A DNA stretch of 64,000 bases from an uncultured Trueperaceae bacterium (GTDB taxonomy: Bacteria > Deinococcota > Deinococci > Deinococcales > Trueperaceae). Of this stretch, positions 1 to 11,181 are shown piece by piece (position 1 is the stretch's first letter; each line of letters begins with the position of its first letter). Position numbers and translations under genes: made by a program. The DNA lies in contig CAWCXJ010000007.1 in the NCBI GenBank assembly GCA_963799485.1, positions 352,001-416,000 of the forward strand. Direction: 5' to 3'. Under the pieces are notes generated by a model. That model was not told the origin of the DNA. It saw only the letters and a program-made list of their open reading frames with translations, and searched no databases.

Positions 1-368
1 CACGCAGTGCCGGAACGAGCGTGCAGCTTCAAGGGCGCGACGGCAACTACGTCACCCTGCGCTTGCCCTCGGGCGAACTGCGCCGGATTCACGGCGAATG
101 CTACGCAACTGTCGGTACCGTCGGCAACGCCGAACATAAAAACGTTGTTTACGGGAAGGCCGGCCGTACCCGCTGGATGGGCCGCAAACCGCACCAGCGG
201 GGCCGCGCGATGAACCCTGTTGACCACCCGCATGGTGGGGGAGAGGGACGCTCCTCCAGCGGTCGTCCGCCGGTCAGCCCGTGGGGTCAGCAGGCCAAAG
301 GTCTTAAAACCCGTACCAAACGCAAGGTCTCGTCGCGCTTTATCGTGCGCCGCCGGAAGGGAAGCTAA
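1..368 (+). CDS. rplB: 50S ribosomal protein L2, 5'-truncated by window edge
   Basis: C-terminal L2 signature [17 protein letters not shown]...SPWG; followed by rpsS. Confidence 0.98.
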   Translation, partial: RSAGTSVQLQGRDGNYVTLRLPSGELRRIHGECYATVGTVGNAEHKNVVYGKAGRTRWMGRKPHQRGRAMNPVDHPHGGGEGRSSSGRPPVSPWGQQAKGLKTRTKRKVSSRFIVRRRKGS

Positions 369-634
369 TGGGACGCAGCATGAAAAAAGGCCCGTTTGTC
401 GACGATCACCTGCTCGATAAAGTTGACGTGGCGAACGACAAAAACGACCGCAAGGTCATTCGCACCTGGAGCCGCCGCAGCACCATCGTCCCGGAAATGA
501 TCGGGCTGACTATCGGCGTGCATAACGGCAAACAGCATGTGCCGGTCTTTATTCAGGAAAACATGGTCGGGCATAAACTCGGCGAGTTTTCGCCGACCCG
601 CACTTTCCGCATCCATGCAGGGAACCGCAAATAA
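368..634 (+). CDS. rpsS: 30S ribosomal protein S19
   Basis: [12 protein letters not shown]...[10 protein letters not shown]...[11 protein letters not shown]. Confidence 0.98.
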   Translation: MGRSMKKGPFVDDHLLDKVDVANDKNDRKVIRTWSRRSTIVPEMIGLTIGVHNGKQHVPVFIQENMVGHKLGEFSPTRTFRIHAGNRK

Positions 635-966
635 TGGAAGCGAAAGCGCACCTGACGGCGCTCCGCGTAACGCCGCAAAAAACCCGTCTCGTGGCAAACC
701 TGATCCGCGGCAAAGCGGTCGCGGAAGCCGAAAGCATCTTGCGGTTTACGCCGCGTAGCTCGGCTGCGCCGATGCTCAAGCTACTGCGCAGCGCCAAAGC
801 GAACGCGGTCAACAATCATGACATGTTCGAAGATAGCCTCGTGGTGTCGAAGATCATGGTCGACGAAGGCCCGGTGATCAAACGCTACTTACCGCGCGCC
901 CGTGGTCGCGCCGACTTGCTGCGTAAACGCACAAGTCACATCACGATCATTTTGGAGGAAAAGTGA
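634..966 (+). CDS. rplV: 50S ribosomal protein L22
   Basis: PRARGRA...KRTSHITI motif; operon order. Confidence 0.98.
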   Translation: MEAKAHLTALRVTPQKTRLVANLIRGKAVAEAESILRFTPRSSAAPMLKLLRSAKANAVNNHDMFEDSLVVSKIMVDEGPVIKRYLPRARGRADLLRKRTSHITIILEEK

Positions 967-969
967 GCT

Positions 970-1782
970 ATGGGAAATAAGATCAATCCCGTCGGCTTCC
1001 GCTTGGGCGTCAATAAAGTGCCCTCAGCTAAATGGTACGCGAACACTAAAACGTACCCGAAGCTACTCGCGGAAGACGACCTTATCCGTAAAACCGTCTT
1101 GTCCGACGTTGGTCACTCGGGCGTCGCGCGTATCGACATCGAACGCGCCGCACACAACATCAACATCACGGTTCACACCGCGAAGCCGGGTGTGGTTATC
1201 GGTCGTGGCGGTGAATCGATCAAGGTGCTGCGTAGCAAACTCGACAGCCTGATCGAAGGCACGATTGCCGTTAACGTGCAAGAGGTCGCCAATCCGAACA
1301 CGAACGGCGCTTTGATTGCCCAACGTATTGCCGAGCAGCTCGAGCGCCGCTTCGCCTTTCGCCGCGCCATGAAACAAGCCATTCAGCGCACGATGGAGTC
1401 GGGGGCACAGGGCGTTAAAATCCGCTGCTCGGGTCGTTTAGGCGGTTCCGAACAGGCGCGTCCCGAATCGTACATGGACGGCCGCGTGCCGCTACAAACG
1501 CTCCGCGCCGACATCGACTACGGTACCGCTAGGGCGAGCACCACATACGGCGTCATCGGCGTCAAAGCGTGGGTGTTTCACGGTGAGATCGTCGGCGATA
1601 AGCAGCGCCGCGCGGCTAACTTGCCCCGCCCTCGTCAAGACGAAGACAAAAACCGCCGCCGCCGCCGCCCACAAGCGCGTCGTCGCCCTGAAGGTGGCCC
1701 CGGTGCCGGACGTGGCGGCAGTGGCGGGAGCGACCGACCCCCCGGACGCAGCCGACCGGCTGAAAGGAAAGAGCGTAAGTAA
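970..1782 (+). CDS. rpsC: 30S ribosomal protein S3 with Arg/Gly-rich C-terminal tail
   Basis: [37 protein letters not shown]. Confidence 0.98.
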   Translation: MGNKINPVGFRLGVNKVPSAKWYANTKTYPKLLAEDDLIRKTVLSDVGHSGVARIDIERAAHNINITVHTAKPGVVIGRGGESIKVLRSKLDSLIEGTIAVNVQEVANPNTNGALIAQRIAEQLERRFAFRRAMKQAIQRTMESGAQGVKIRCSGRLGGSEQARPESYMDGRVPLQTLRADIDYGTARASTTYGVIGVKAWVFHGEIVGDKQRRAANLPRPRQDEDKNRRRRRPQARRRPEGGPGAGRGGSGGSDRPPGRSRPAERKERK

Positions 1783-2207
1783 TGCTGTTACCCAAGCGCG
1801 TAAAATATCGTAAGCAGATGCGCGGACGGATGTCCGGCGACACCAAGGGTGGCGACTATGTGGCCTTCGGCGACTACGGCCTCGTCGCCATGGAACCGGC
1901 TTGGATCAAGTCGAACCAGATCGAAGCGTGCCGCATCACCATGAGCCGCTTTTTTCGCCGTGGCGGTAAAATTTACATCCGTATCTTCCCCGACAAGCCC
2001 GTCACCAAAAAGCCCGCCGAAACTCGCATGGGTAAGGGTAAAGGGGCGGTCGAATACTGGGTCTCGGTGGTCAAACCGGGGCGCATCATCTTTGAAGTTG
2101 CCAACGTGACCGAAGCGCAGGCGAAAGAAGCGTTTCGCCTAGCTGGACACAAGCTCCCGATCAAAACCAAGATGGTCAAACGCGAGGTCTACGATGAAGC
2201 CCAGTGA
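1782..2207 (+). CDS. rplP: 50S ribosomal protein L16
   Basis: [11 protein letters not shown]...RMGKGKGA. Confidence 0.98.
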   Translation: MLLPKRVKYRKQMRGRMSGDTKGGDYVAFGDYGLVAMEPAWIKSNQIEACRITMSRFFRRGGKIYIRIFPDKPVTKKPAETRMGKGKGAVEYWVSVVKPGRIIFEVANVTEAQAKEAFRLAGHKLPIKTKMVKREVYDEAQ

Positions 2208-2385
2208 GCTGCGTAAAATGAGCGTCTCAGAACTCAGCGGCGAAGTCGATAAGCGCCGGAAAGAACTGCTCGACCTGCGGATTCAGGCGTCGGTCGGTCA
2301 GGCGACGAATCCGCGCCGTATCCGCACCGCGAAACGCGAGATCGCTCAGCTGCTGACCATCGCCGCCGAGAAAGGAAACGTATGA
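2194..2385 (+). CDS. rpmC: 50S ribosomal protein L29
   Basis: 63 aa, MKPSELR...KREIAQLLT; between rplP and rpsQ. Confidence 0.96.
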   Translation: MKPSELRKMSVSELSGEVDKRRKELLDLRIQASVGQATNPRRIRTAKREIAQLLTIAAEKGNV

Positions 2386-2627
2386 AGAAGACGCTCCAGG
2401 GGCGCGTCGTAAGCGACAAGGCCGAAAAGACCGTCACGGTTTTGGTCGAACGTCGCTTTAAGCACCCGCTTTACGGCAAGGTCGTCGCGGTATCAAAAAA
2501 ATACTTGGCACACGACGAAGAAAACGAGTATCACGAGGGCGACTTGGTCGAAATCATCACGCGCCGTCCGATCAGCAAACGCAAGCGGTTTGCAGTGACG
2601 AAACTCTTAGAGAAAGCCAGAGGCTAG
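2382..2627 (+). CDS. rpsQ: 30S ribosomal protein S17
   Basis: GRVVSDK...HPLYGK...RPISKRKRF. Confidence 0.97.
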   Translation: MKKTLQGRVVSDKAEKTVTVLVERRFKHPLYGKVVAVSKKYLAHDEENEYHEGDLVEIITRRPISKRKRFAVTKLLEKARG

Positions 2628-2630
2628 GCC

Positions 2631-2999
2631 GTGATTCAGCAAGAATCTTATCTGGACGTGGCTGACAACTCAGGCGCACGCCGCATCCAGTGCATCCGCG
2701 TTTTGGGTACCGGCTCGCAGTTCGTCGGCGGTGTTGGTGATGTGATTGTTGCCGCCGTAAAAGACGCGATCCCCCGCGCCGGGGTTAAAAAAGGCGATGT
2801 CGTAAGGGCCGTTATCGTCCGCACGGCCAAAGAGATCAGCCGCAGTGATGGCAGCAGCATCCGTTTTGACAACAACGCCGCAGTCATTATCAATAACCAG
2901 AACGAACCGCGCGGTACCCGCGTTTTCGGGCCGGTAGCCCGTGAACTGCGCGAGCGCCGTTTTATGCGTATCGTCTCACTCGCGCCCGAAGTCCTTTAA
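2631..2999 (+). CDS. rplN: 50S ribosomal protein L14
   Basis: VADNSGAR...[13 protein letters not shown]...SLAPEVL. Confidence 0.98.
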   Translation: MIQQESYLDVADNSGARRIQCIRVLGTGSQFVGGVGDVIVAAVKDAIPRAGVKKGDVVRAVIVRTAKEISRSDGSSIRFDNNAAVIINNQNEPRGTRVFGPVARELRERRFMRIVSLAPEVL

Positions 3000-3012
3000 G
3001 GGAGATGTTTTA

Positions 3013-3345
3013 ATGAAACAGGAGAAAACGCGTATTCGTCTTCGTAACGGCGACCAGGTACGCGTCATGACCGGCAAAAACCGGGGCGCAGAAGGCGAAA
3101 TTATCGCCATATTACCCGAAAAAAACCGCGTTGTCGTCAAGGGCGTCAATATCAATAAAAAGACGCGCCGTCCGACCCAGGAAAACCCGCGCGGCGGCTT
3201 TGACGAACGCGAAGCGCCGATTCACGCCTCGAACGTCCAGCTGTTAGACCCTAAAACCGGAGCGCCGACGCGTGTTGGTGCCGAATTTGACGGCGAGCGC
3301 AAACGCCGTATCAGCCGCAAAAGCGGTGTGCGTTTAGGCGAATAG
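3013..3345 (+). CDS. rplX: 50S ribosomal protein L24
   Basis: KOW motif [25 protein letters not shown] 3013 after SD GGGAGA. Confidence 0.96.
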   Translation: MKQEKTRIRLRNGDQVRVMTGKNRGAEGEIIAILPEKNRVVVKGVNINKKTRRPTQENPRGGFDEREAPIHASNVQLLDPKTGAPTRVGAEFDGERKRRISRKSGVRLGE

Positions 3346-3352
3346 GAGAGCT

Positions 3353-3904
3353 ATGAGCAAGGTGGATGTAGCGCTCAAAGCGCGCTATCAAAAAGAAGTT
3401 CGGCAGAGTATGCAGGAGCGGCACAACTATCAAAACGTGATGGCGGTGCCCAAGCTCGAGAAGATCGTCATCAATATCGGCCTCGGCGAAGCCCGCGACG
3501 ACTCGAAAGTCATCGACCGCGCCTCACGTGAGTTGGCGCAGATCGCGCTGCAACGCCCCGTTGTCACCAAAGCCAAAAAGTCGGTGTCGAACTTTAAGTT
3601 ACGCGCCGGAATGCCGATCGGCCTTAAAGTAACGTTGCGCGGTGAGCGGATGTGGGTTTTTTTAGAAAAGCTCATTAACGTAGCGTTGCCGAGAGTTCGT
3701 GATTTTCGTGGCGTAAGCGCCAACGCGTTTGACGGTCGGGGTAACTACACGCTCGGACTACGCGAACAGCTGGTGTTCCCGGAAATCTCAATCGACCAGG
3801 TTGACGCAACGCGCGGGATGGACATCTCTATTGTTACGACCGCCCAAACTGACGAAGAAGCCCGGAGTCTCCTAGAGCTGCTCGGGATGCCTTTCAGGAA
3901 GTAG
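3353..3904 (+). CDS. rplE: 50S ribosomal protein L5
   Basis: [11 protein letters not shown]...LPRVRDFRG...FDGRGNY. Confidence 0.98.
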   Translation: MSKVDVALKARYQKEVRQSMQERHNYQNVMAVPKLEKIVINIGLGEARDDSKVIDRASRELAQIALQRPVVTKAKKSVSNFKLRAGMPIGLKVTLRGERMWVFLEKLINVALPRVRDFRGVSANAFDGRGNYTLGLREQLVFPEISIDQVDATRGMDISIVTTAQTDEEARSLLELLGMPFRK

Positions 3905-3915
3905 AGGAATAACGT

Positions 3916-4101
3916 ATGGCTACAAAAGCACATATCGCCAAATCGAAACGGACGCCTAAATTTGCGGTGCGTCAGGTCAACCGTTGCGGTCGTTGTGGTC
4001 GTTCACGCAGCTACCTGCGCGACTTTAACCTCTGCCGCATCTGTGTTCGTGAGATGGCCCACCAAGGGTTTTTACCCGGCGTCCGCAAGGCCAGCTGGTA
4101 A
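3916..4101 (+). CDS. rpsN: 30S ribosomal protein S14, Zn-binding (type Z)
   Basis: 61 aa, CGRC...LCRIC, ends KASW. Confidence 0.97.
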   Translation: MATKAHIAKSKRTPKFAVRQVNRCGRCGRSRSYLRDFNLCRICVREMAHQGFLPGVRKASW

Positions 4102-4118
4102 ACCTAAACAAGAAAAAC

Positions 4119-4170
4119 TTTTTGCGAGGTGATGGTTAGCGCGTTTGCGCTAAGACCAACCTCGGCGAAG
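4119..4170 (+). promoter_or_regulatory. Bulged stem-loop upstream of rpsH; candidate ribosomal-protein leader
   Basis: CGAGGT/ACCTCG, TGGT/ACCA and TAGCGC/GCGCTA pairings with GA and AG bulges; no U-tract. Confidence 0.4.
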
Positions 4171-4186
4171 GAGATACAGGAGACTC

Positions 4187-4582
4187 ATGTATACGGATCC
4201 CATTGCTGACATGCTGACGCGCATCCGCAACGGCGCGGCTATCGTTGCTGCGACCGTCGATGTACCGGCGAGCAAATTTAAGAAGTCGCTGGCTGATGTT
4301 CTTGTGAAAGAGGGTTATCTCAAGTCCGTCGAGCAGACCAAAGTCGACGGCAAATCGGTGCTGCGTATCGGCCTTAAGTACGGCCCGAAGCGTTCATCTA
4401 TTATCAATGAACTTAAACGGGTTTCAAAGCCCGGACGGCGTGCCTACGCCAAAGCGACCCATATTCCGGTCGTTCGCGGTGGTCTCGGGGTCGCGGTTAT
4501 CTCGACGCCGCAAGGTCTGCTCGTCGACCGTGACGCGCGCCGTCACCACGTCGGCGGCGAAGTCGTCTGTGAGGTGTGGTAG
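4187..4582 (+). CDS. rpsH: 30S ribosomal protein S8
   Basis: [13 protein letters not shown]...SKPGRR...GGEVVCEVW. Confidence 0.98.
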   Translation: MYTDPIADMLTRIRNGAAIVAATVDVPASKFKKSLADVLVKEGYLKSVEQTKVDGKSVLRIGLKYGPKRSSIINELKRVSKPGRRAYAKATHIPVVRGGLGVAVISTPQGLLVDRDARRHHVGGEVVCEVW

Positions 4583-5121
4583 TGAGCCGTATCGGACGTA
4601 CCCCCATTACGCTGCCTAAAGGCGTCGAGATCAGTGCGGCGAAAACCGCAGTGACGATCAAAGGGCCAAAGGGCCAACTCGTCGTGCCGTTTAATCCGCG
4701 TCTCAAGCTCAACCAAGAAAACGGTGTGTTGACCTTAGAGCGCCCCAGCGACGCCCCCCGCGACCGTGCCCAGCACGGCCTCACCCGTAGTCTGCTTAGT
4801 AACGCTGTTCAGGGCGTCACCGAAGGTTACTCTCGCAACCTGCAGATTCAGGGCGTCGGTTACCGCTGCGCGATGAAGGGCAAGAACTTGGAGCTTCAGC
4901 TCGGTTTTTCGCACCCGGTTGTATTCGAGCCGCCCGAAGGCATCACAATCGCCGCGCCGCAACCGACCTCAATTACAATCTCAGGTATCGACAAGCAACT
5001 TGTCGGTCAGGTTGCCGCCAATATCCGCGAAGTCCGTCCGCCCGATTCGTACCACGGCAAAGGCGTCCGGTACGAAGGCGAGCAGGTTCGCCTCAAGCCC
5101 GGTAAAACCGCGGCCCGCTAG
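4582..5121 (+). CDS. rplF: 50S ribosomal protein L6
   Basis: GTG overlapping rpsH stop; [24 protein letters not shown]. Confidence 0.97.
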   Translation: MSRIGRTPITLPKGVEISAAKTAVTIKGPKGQLVVPFNPRLKLNQENGVLTLERPSDAPRDRAQHGLTRSLLSNAVQGVTEGYSRNLQIQGVGYRCAMKGKNLELQLGFSHPVVFEPPEGITIAAPQPTSITISGIDKQLVGQVAANIREVRPPDSYHGKGVRYEGEQVRLKPGKTAAR

Positions 5122-5129
5122 GAGTTCGT

Positions 5130-5477
5130 ATGACTGTTTTGCATACCAAAGAGCGTCGCCGCTTTCGCACCCGCCGGAAGCTGCAGCGCCCCGTAACGAC
5201 TGACCGCCTCCGCTTAACGGTGTTCCGGAGCGCCAAGCATATCTATGCTCAGGTTATCGATATGACCGAAGGGCGCACCGTTGCCGAAGCAAACAGCAAG
5301 AGTTTGGGCGCAATCGGCAACAAAACTGAACAGGCCGCTGCGGTAGGCCGCGCCATTGCTGTCCGCGCTACCGAAGCCGGTGCTAAGCGTATCGTTTTCG
5401 ACCGGGGCGCTTACCGCTACCACGGTCGCATCAAGGCGCTCGCCGAAAGCGCCCGTGAAGGAGGGCTCGAGTTCTAA
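5130..5477 (+). CDS. rplR: 50S ribosomal protein L18
   Basis: [14 protein letters not shown]...[12 protein letters not shown]...GGLEF. Confidence 0.97.
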   Translation: MTVLHTKERRRFRTRRKLQRPVTTDRLRLTVFRSAKHIYAQVIDMTEGRTVAEANSKSLGAIGNKTEQAAAVGRAIAVRATEAGAKRIVFDRGAYRYHGRIKALAESAREGGLEF

Positions 5478-5947
5478 TGGCTGAAGAGTTTGAAGATAAG
5501 GTCATCTTTATCCGCCGCACTGCCAAAACCTATCAGGGAGGCCGCCGCTTCCGCTTCGGCGCGATGGTCGCTATCGGCGACCGCAACGGTCGCGTCGGGA
5601 TCGGTCTCGGTAAGGCTAAAGAGGTACCGATTGCTGTACAAAAAGGTCAGTACGTCGCCCGCCGTAACCTCATCGAGGTGCCGATTGAAGAACCCGGCAC
5701 GATTCCACACGAGGTCTTGGGTACCCACAGCACGAGCCGCGTCATGCTTAAACCCGCAGGTGCCGGGACGGGCGTCATTGCAGGGAGTGTTCCGCGTGCG
5801 ATTATCGAGCTGGCAGGTTTTCGTAACCTGCTCACTAAAGAACTCGGTTCACGTAACCAGACCAACGTCGCTTACGCCGTAATCGACGGCCTCAAGCAAC
5901 TCAAGACCTTTGAAGAGTCGAAGCAAGAGCGGGAAGCCGCCAGATGA
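5477..5947 (+). CDS. rpsE: 30S ribosomal protein S5
   Basis: GGRRFRF...GKAKEVP...[11 protein letters not shown]. Confidence 0.97.
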   Translation: MAEEFEDKVIFIRRTAKTYQGGRRFRFGAMVAIGDRNGRVGIGLGKAKEVPIAVQKGQYVARRNLIEVPIEEPGTIPHEVLGTHSTSRVMLKPAGAGTGVIAGSVPRAIIELAGFRNLLTKELGSRNQTNVAYAVIDGLKQLKTFEESKQEREAAR

Positions 5948-6111
5948 AAGCAACCCTGGTTCGTTCGTTGATCGGCGTGAAAAAAGACCAAAAGGCAACC
6001 GTTCGTGCACTCGGCTTCAAAAAGACCGGTGACACCCGTGAACTTAAAGACACACCTGATGTTCGCGGCATGGTCAACAAGGTTTCGTATCTGTTTAAGG
6101 TGGAAGGATAA
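5944..6111 (+). CDS. rpmD: 50S ribosomal protein L30 (55 aa, absent from ORF track)
   Basis: Hand translation [55 protein letters not shown]; between rpsE and rplO. Confidence 0.96.
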   Translation: MKATLVRSLIGVKKDQKATVRALGFKKTGDTRELKDTPDVRGMVNKVSYLFKVEG

Positions 6112-6113
6112 GG

Positions 6114-6608
6114 ATGAAACTTAACGACTTAAAACCCGCCCCCGGTGCCAAGAAAAACCGCCGCCGGGTCGGGCGCGGTCTAGGGAGCGGACACGGCAAA
6201 ACTGCCGGTCGCGGTCAAAAAGGCCAGTCGAGCCGTTCCGGATTTTCGCAAGGCTCCGGTTGGGAAGGGGGCCGCTCACGTCTGGTCATGCGCCTGCCCA
6301 AACGCGGCTTTATTCATCACAACACGGATTACCAGATCATCAATTTGGGCGACCTGAACGCTTTTGAAGCGGGCGCAACGGTCAACGCCGAAACGCTTCG
6401 CAGTACGGGCGCAGTACGGCACCAAGATCGCCCCATCAAGCTTTTGGGTAACGGCGAAGTGACCGTGCAAAACCTGACCGTCGAGGTCGACGCCTACAGC
6501 CGTAGCGCGGTACGGGCCTTGCAAAATGCCGGCGCTACCGTTCTCGGTGACGTCGCAGGTACCAGCTCGGCAGACTCCAACCCAGCGCAGGCCGAAGGGC
6601 CGAACTAG
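6114..6608 (+). CDS. rplO: 50S ribosomal protein L15
   Basis: RVGRGLGSGHGKTAGRGQKGQ...RLPKRGF. Confidence 0.97.
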   Translation: MKLNDLKPAPGAKKNRRRVGRGLGSGHGKTAGRGQKGQSSRSGFSQGSGWEGGRSRLVMRLPKRGFIHHNTDYQIINLGDLNAFEAGATVNAETLRSTGAVRHQDRPIKLLGNGEVTVQNLTVEVDAYSRSAVRALQNAGATVLGDVAGTSSADSNPAQAEGPN

Positions 6609-7922
6609 ATGCTCTCCGCTTTCGGAAACGCCTTTCGCATTCCTGACCTGCGTGCCAAATTGCTCGTGGTGATCGGGCTTTTGGCGGTTTATCGCCTGGG
6701 CGTTTTTGTGCCGACGCCGGGTGTCGACGCTCAAGCCCTCCAAGGTCAACTTCAGGGAGGCGTCTTCGAACTGCTGGGGTTTATTACGGGCGGCAATATC
6801 AGCCAGTTTTCGGTGTTCGCGCTCGGCGTGATTCCCTACATCACGGCGAGCATCATCTTTCAGCTGCTGACGTCGATCTATCCACCCTTAGAAAAACTCT
6901 CCAAAGAGGGTGAAGAGGGGCGGCGCAAAATCACGCAGTACACCCGTTACGCCGCACTCGGTCTCGGCGCGGTGCAGGGACTCTTTTTGGCGACGGCTGT
7001 AATCGGGCCTTCCGGCGCACTCCGCGTCGGGTGGAGTAACGGCCCGTTTTTCTGGCTGACCGTTTTGATCACCCAGATCGCGGGTATCGCCGTGGTCATG
7101 TATCTGGGCGAGAAGATCACCGAATACGGCATCGGGAACGGAATTTCGCTTATCATCTATGCGGGTATCGTCGCCGCCTATCCTCAAGCTATCGCGCAAA
7201 ATATCGCGCTAGTCGGGACGGGCGAATCGAACCTGATCGGCATCATCATCTTCTTCGCGCTCCTGGTTGTGGCAGTCGCCGGAATGGTACTCATTCAACA
7301 AGCGGAGCGGCGAATTCCCGTGCAGTACGCTCGCAAGGTCGTGGGTCGCCGTGTGATGGGCGGGCAAAGCACCTACATTCCGATGCGTCTAAACGCTGCC
7401 GGGGTGATTCCGGTCATCTTTGCGGTGTCTGTTCTGGTGATCCCTACCACCCTTATTTCGGTGTTTCCCAACATCGTTTGGTTACAGTCAGCAGGCGTAT
7501 GGTTTAACCCGTCGAACTGGCAGGGTTTGATCGTCAGTACCCTCTTGATTGTCGCCTTTACTTACTTTTACACGCAAATCTCGTTCGACCCTAAACGTAT
7601 CTCGGAAAACCTGCGCGAGTACGGTGGTTTCGTACCGGGGGTGCGGCCCGGTCAGCAGACGACCGAACATCTGACCCGCATCACCAACCGTATTACGCTT
7701 TGGGGAGCGCTGTTTTTAGGTTTGGTCAACGCTCTGCCGCAAATTTTGGGCTGGATTACCGGGCAAGGGCAGCTCTCGCTGGTGTTTTCGGGAATCGGCC
7801 TCTTAATCGTCGTCGGTGTGGCACTCGATACCTTGCGGCAGCTCGAGTCTCAACTCAAAATGCGTCACTACGACGGGTTTGTCAGCAAAGGCCGGATTCG
7901 TGGACGCGGGCGGCGCTTTTAA
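6609..7922 (+). CDS. secY: Preprotein translocase subunit SecY
   Basis: SVFALGVIPYITASII, GIGNGISLII, AGVIPVIFA, VPGVRPG; multi-TM. Confidence 0.98.
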   Translation: MLSAFGNAFRIPDLRAKLLVVIGLLAVYRLGVFVPTPGVDAQALQGQLQGGVFELLGFITGGNISQFSVFALGVIPYITASIIFQLLTSIYPPLEKLSKEGEEGRRKITQYTRYAALGLGAVQGLFLATAVIGPSGALRVGWSNGPFFWLTVLITQIAGIAVVMYLGEKITEYGIGNGISLIIYAGIVAAYPQAIAQNIALVGTGESNLIGIIIFFALLVVAVAGMVLIQQAERRIPVQYARKVVGRRVMGGQSTYIPMRLNAAGVIPVIFAVSVLVIPTTLISVFPNIVWLQSAGVWFNPSNWQGLIVSTLLIVAFTYFYTQISFDPKRISENLREYGGFVPGVRPGQQTTEHLTRITNRITLWGALFLGLVNALPQILGWITGQGQLSLVFSGIGLLIVVGVALDTLRQLESQLKMRHYDGFVSKGRIRGRGRRF

Positions 7923-8488
7923 TGACGTCTGAAGTCTTGTTGCTCGTCGGCCCGCCCGGAGCCGGTAAAGGCACGCAAGCTGAGAAGCTGGCGCGGGCGC
8001 GTCGCCTGACGAAACTCTCGACCGGTGATATGCTCCGCGACCACGTAAAGCGGGAGACCGAGGTCGGTCAGGTTGCCAAGCAGGTGATGGCGGCAGGCAG
8101 GCTCGTTTCGGACGATTTGATCGTTGCGATGGTGCGGAGTGAACTCGAGGGTCAGGAAGTCGTCCGCGTTCTGCTCGACGGGTTTCCCCGAACGGCAGTT
8201 CAGGCTGAAGCGCTCGATACTTTATTACAAGAACTTGGTACGGCGATTACAGCAGTAGTGTTACTCGAAGTCGATACCGAAGAACTCGTCGCCCGTCTTG
8301 TAGGACGTGCCGAAGCGCAAGACCGTACCGACGACAACGAAGCAACGATTCGCACCCGGATGCAAGTTTACGCCGAGCAAACTGCGCCGCTTTTAGAATA
8401 TTACGACGCGCGTGGCAGACTCCGGCACGTCGACGGCACCGGCAGCGTCGAAGAGGTCTTTGCCCGTATCTCTGAGGTTCTGCCATGA
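7922..8488 (+). CDS. adk: Adenylate kinase (short-LID type)
   Basis: GPPGAGKGTQA, LSTGDMLR, LLDGFPRT, RTDDNE; ATG overlaps secY stop. Confidence 0.96.
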   Translation: MTSEVLLLVGPPGAGKGTQAEKLARARRLTKLSTGDMLRDHVKRETEVGQVAKQVMAAGRLVSDDLIVAMVRSELEGQEVVRVLLDGFPRTAVQAEALDTLLQELGTAITAVVLLEVDTEELVARLVGRAEAQDRTDDNEATIRTRMQVYAEQTAPLLEYYDARGRLRHVDGTGSVEEVFARISEVLP

Positions 8489-8498
8489 GGGTTTTACC

Positions 8499-9308
8499 GT
8501 GATTCTCAAGCGTGCCCGCGAAATCGACGCGATGGTCGAGGCGGCGGTAATTAACCGTGAAGCTTTGGAAAGTATCGAGCCGCTTATTCGTCCGGGGGCG
8601 ACAACTGCCGAACTCAACGCCGCAGCTGAAGACTTTATCGTTTCAAGAGGTGCGACGCCTGCGTTTAAGGGCTACCGGGGCTCGAGCGCCTCGACGGTGC
8701 CGTTTCCCGGAACACTCTGCACTTCGGTCAACGATATCGTCGTTCACGGCATTCCCGACCGTAAGCCGCTTAAAGAAGGCGACATTGTTTCGGTCGATAT
8801 CGGGTTATTCTATAAAGGCTACGCTGCGGATATGGCGAAGACCTACGCTGTGGGCGCTGTCTCCAAGCGCGTTCAGGCGCTACTCGAGGCGACCGAACGC
8901 TCGCTCTATGCGGGTATCGAAGCGGCGCAACCGGGCGGCCGTTTGGGCGACGTCGCCGCAGCCATTCAGCGCACTGTCGAAGCCGCAGGTTTCTGGGTGG
9001 TGCGCGAATTTGTCGGTCACGGTATCGGGAGTGCCTTTCACGAGTCGCCGGACGTGCCCAACTACGGTCGCGTCGGAACCGGGCCGAAGCTCAGGCCGGG
9101 ACTCGTATTGGCGATTGAACCGATGGTCACGGAATCGGAGACCGAGATCAAGATATTAGGCGACGGCTGGACTGCGCCGACCAAGAACGGCTCGCGGGCG
9201 GCCCATTTCGAGCACACCGTTGCGATCACCGAAGCAGGGCCGCGCGTGCTGACGATGGCAGGCGCACCCATTTATGAGAAAGAGCTAGGAGGTGTACGTG
9301 GCGCGTAG
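8499..9308 (+). CDS. map: Methionine aminopeptidase type I
   Basis: VVHGIP, GDIVSVD, GHGIG..FHE, AIEPM, AHFEHT; GTG start at 8499. Confidence 0.96.
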   Translation: MILKRAREIDAMVEAAVINREALESIEPLIRPGATTAELNAAAEDFIVSRGATPAFKGYRGSSASTVPFPGTLCTSVNDIVVHGIPDRKPLKEGDIVSVDIGLFYKGYAADMAKTYAVGAVSKRVQALLEATERSLYAGIEAAQPGGRLGDVAAAIQRTVEAAGFWVVREFVGHGIGSAFHESPDVPNYGRVGTGPKLRPGLVLAIEPMVTESETEIKILGDGWTAPTKNGSRAAHFEHTVAITEAGPRVLTMAGAPIYEKELGGVRGA

Positions 9309-9579
9309 TAGATCAGGCGGAGGCCGCCGAGGCCCACCCAAAGAGCGCACGGAGCGCCCCGAAGAGACGACCCAAGATACGATTCGTACGGAAGGGGTCG
9401 TGCTCGAGGCTCGTCCCAATACTACATTTTTAGTCCAGCTCGACGCCGGGCCGGAAATTTTGGCGCACGTCGGCGGCAAGATGCGGCGGCACTACATCCG
9501 CATCCTCCCCGGCGACCGCGTGGTTTTAGAAATCAGCACCTACGACCCCGAAAAGGGCCGTATCGTTTACCGAAAGTAG
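9298..9579 (+). CDS. infA: Translation initiation factor IF-1 with N-terminal extension
   Basis: [13 protein letters not shown]...[16 protein letters not shown]...KGRIVYR; SD AGGAGG before GTG 9298. Confidence 0.95.
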   Translation: MARSRSGGGRRGPPKERTERPEETTQDTIRTEGVVLEARPNTTFLVQLDAGPEILAHVGGKMRRHYIRILPGDRVVLEISTYDPEKGRIVYRK

Positions 9580-9598
9580 CAGGAACCAGAGGAGAATT

Positions 9599-9715
9599 AT
9601 GAAAGTACGTGCGTCCGTCAAGCCGATCTGCGACAAGTGTAAAGTCATTCGTCGCCACGGCAAAGTGTTCGTCATCTGCTCGGTGAACCCGAAGCACAAG
9701 CAAAGGCAGGGCTAG
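9599..9715 (+). CDS. rpmJ: 50S ribosomal protein L36 (38 aa, absent from ORF track)
   Basis: Hand translation [38 protein letters not shown]. Confidence 0.98.
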   Translation: MKVRASVKPICDKCKVIRRHGKVFVICSVNPKHKQRQG

Positions 9716-9716
9716 C

Positions 9717-10097
9717 ATGGCGCGAATTGCCGGTATTGACCTCCCCCGCGACAAGCGCGTCGAGTACGCGCTCCCGTACATCTACGGCATCGGTCTGACC
9801 CGCTCGCAGCAGGTCTTGGCTGAAGCGGGTGTCAGCCCCGACACGCGGGTTAAAGACCTCGCCGAAACCGAAGTCGCGCGGCTACGCGAGATCGTCGAAA
9901 AGACCTACAAGGTCGAAGGCGACCTCCGCCGCGAAATCCAGCTCAATATCAAACGGCTGATGGATATCGGCTGCTACCGGGGTTTACGGCACCGCCGCGG
10001 TCTACCCGTTCGCGGGCAATCGACCAAAACCAACGCCCGCACCCGCAAAGGGCCACGCCGCACCGTCGCCGGTAAAAAGAAAGCCGCGAAGAAGTAA
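9717..10097 (+). CDS. rpsM: 30S ribosomal protein S13
   Basis: MARIAGID...[25 protein letters not shown]. Confidence 0.98.
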   Translation: MARIAGIDLPRDKRVEYALPYIYGIGLTRSQQVLAEAGVSPDTRVKDLAETEVARLREIVEKTYKVEGDLRREIQLNIKRLMDIGCYRGLRHRRGLPVRGQSTKTNARTRKGPRRTVAGKKKAAKK

Positions 10098-10106
10098 GGG
10101 GTTCTG

Positions 10107-10505
10107 ATGAGCAGACAAGCCGCGAGAAACAAAACCAAAAAGCGCGTCAGACGTAACCTCGCCGAAGGCAAGGTTTACATTCACGCGTCGTACAACAACA
10201 CCATTGTGACGATTACCGATATGGACGGCAACACGGTTGCCTGGTCGAGCTCGGGCAGCATCGGCTACAAAGGCTCGAAAAAAGGGACGCCTTACGCCGC
10301 CCAGCTCGCTGCTGCCGACGCCACCCGCAAGGCGCAAAACATGGGCGTCAGCCAGCTCGATATCGTCATTCGCGGTACCGGTTCGGGCCGGGAGCAGGCC
10401 ATTCGTTCAATTCAGGCGACGGGCGTGAACGTGCGTTCGATTATCGACGCCACGCCGGTCGCGCACAACGGCTGCCGCTTAACCAAACGTCAACGCCTCA
10501 AATAA
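10107..10505 (+). CDS. rpsK: 30S ribosomal protein S11
   Basis: HASYNNTIVTITD...GTPYAAQ...TPVAHNGCR. Confidence 0.98.
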   Translation: MSRQAARNKTKKRVRRNLAEGKVYIHASYNNTIVTITDMDGNTVAWSSSGSIGYKGSKKGTPYAAQLAAADATRKAQNMGVSQLDIVIRGTGSGREQAIRSIQATGVNVRSIIDATPVAHNGCRLTKRQRLK

Positions 10506-10532
10506 ACCAGCACTTGCTATCAAGGGAGAACT

Positions 10533-11150
10533 ATGGGCCGTCAGAGAGAACCGATTGTCAAGCTGAGTCGCCGCGAAGGGGTCAACCTCGCGGAGACGCC
10601 GAAAGTACAAAAATATATGGAGCGCCGCCCGTATCCTCCGGGACAACACGGGCAGCGCCGGGGCCGCAAGATTTCGGACTATGGTGTGCGCCTCCGTGAA
10701 AAGCAGAAGCTGCGCCGCCTGTACAACATGAGCGAAAAGCAGTTCCGCACGCTTTTCGACGAAGCAGTACGTCAGGAAGGGGCGACCGGCGCGGTATTTT
10801 TACAACTGCTCGAGTCCCGCCTCGACAACGTGGTGTTTCGTTTGGGCATTGCACACACCCGCCGTCAGGCACGTCAACTCGTGTCGCACAAGCACCTCAA
10901 CGTCAACGGCAAACCGGTCGACGTCCCGTCGTACCGCGTCAAACCCGGTGACGAAATCTCCGTGGCGACGCGCAGCCGCAGTAATGAGATCATTAAAGGC
11001 AACGTCGAGGCGCGCAAACGGGGGCGACTCAGCCCGTGGCTCGAGTTCGACTCTGAAAACCTCAAGGGTAAGTTCCAGCGCCTGCCCGCCCGCGAAGACC
11101 TGAGCGTTCCCGTAAATGAACTTCAGGTTATCGAGTATTACTCGAGATAG
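10533..11150 (+). CDS. rpsD: 30S ribosomal protein S4 (no N-terminal Cys cluster)
   Basis: [32 protein letters not shown]. Confidence 0.98.
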   Translation: MGRQREPIVKLSRREGVNLAETPKVQKYMERRPYPPGQHGQRRGRKISDYGVRLREKQKLRRLYNMSEKQFRTLFDEAVRQEGATGAVFLQLLESRLDNVVFRLGIAHTRRQARQLVSHKHLNVNGKPVDVPSYRVKPGDEISVATRSRSNEIIKGNVEARKRGRLSPWLEFDSENLKGKFQRLPAREDLSVPVNELQVIEYYSR

Positions 11151-11181
11151 CGCCTAGACTTGATGAGAACAGGAGTTTACG

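Noticed and set aside
7700..7921. 74-aa N-terminal extension on adk
   Set aside because: Lies inside secY; the real ATG at 7922 overlaps the secY stop. Similar over-extended starts apply to rplX, map, fabH, nfuA, miaA and the HAD gene.
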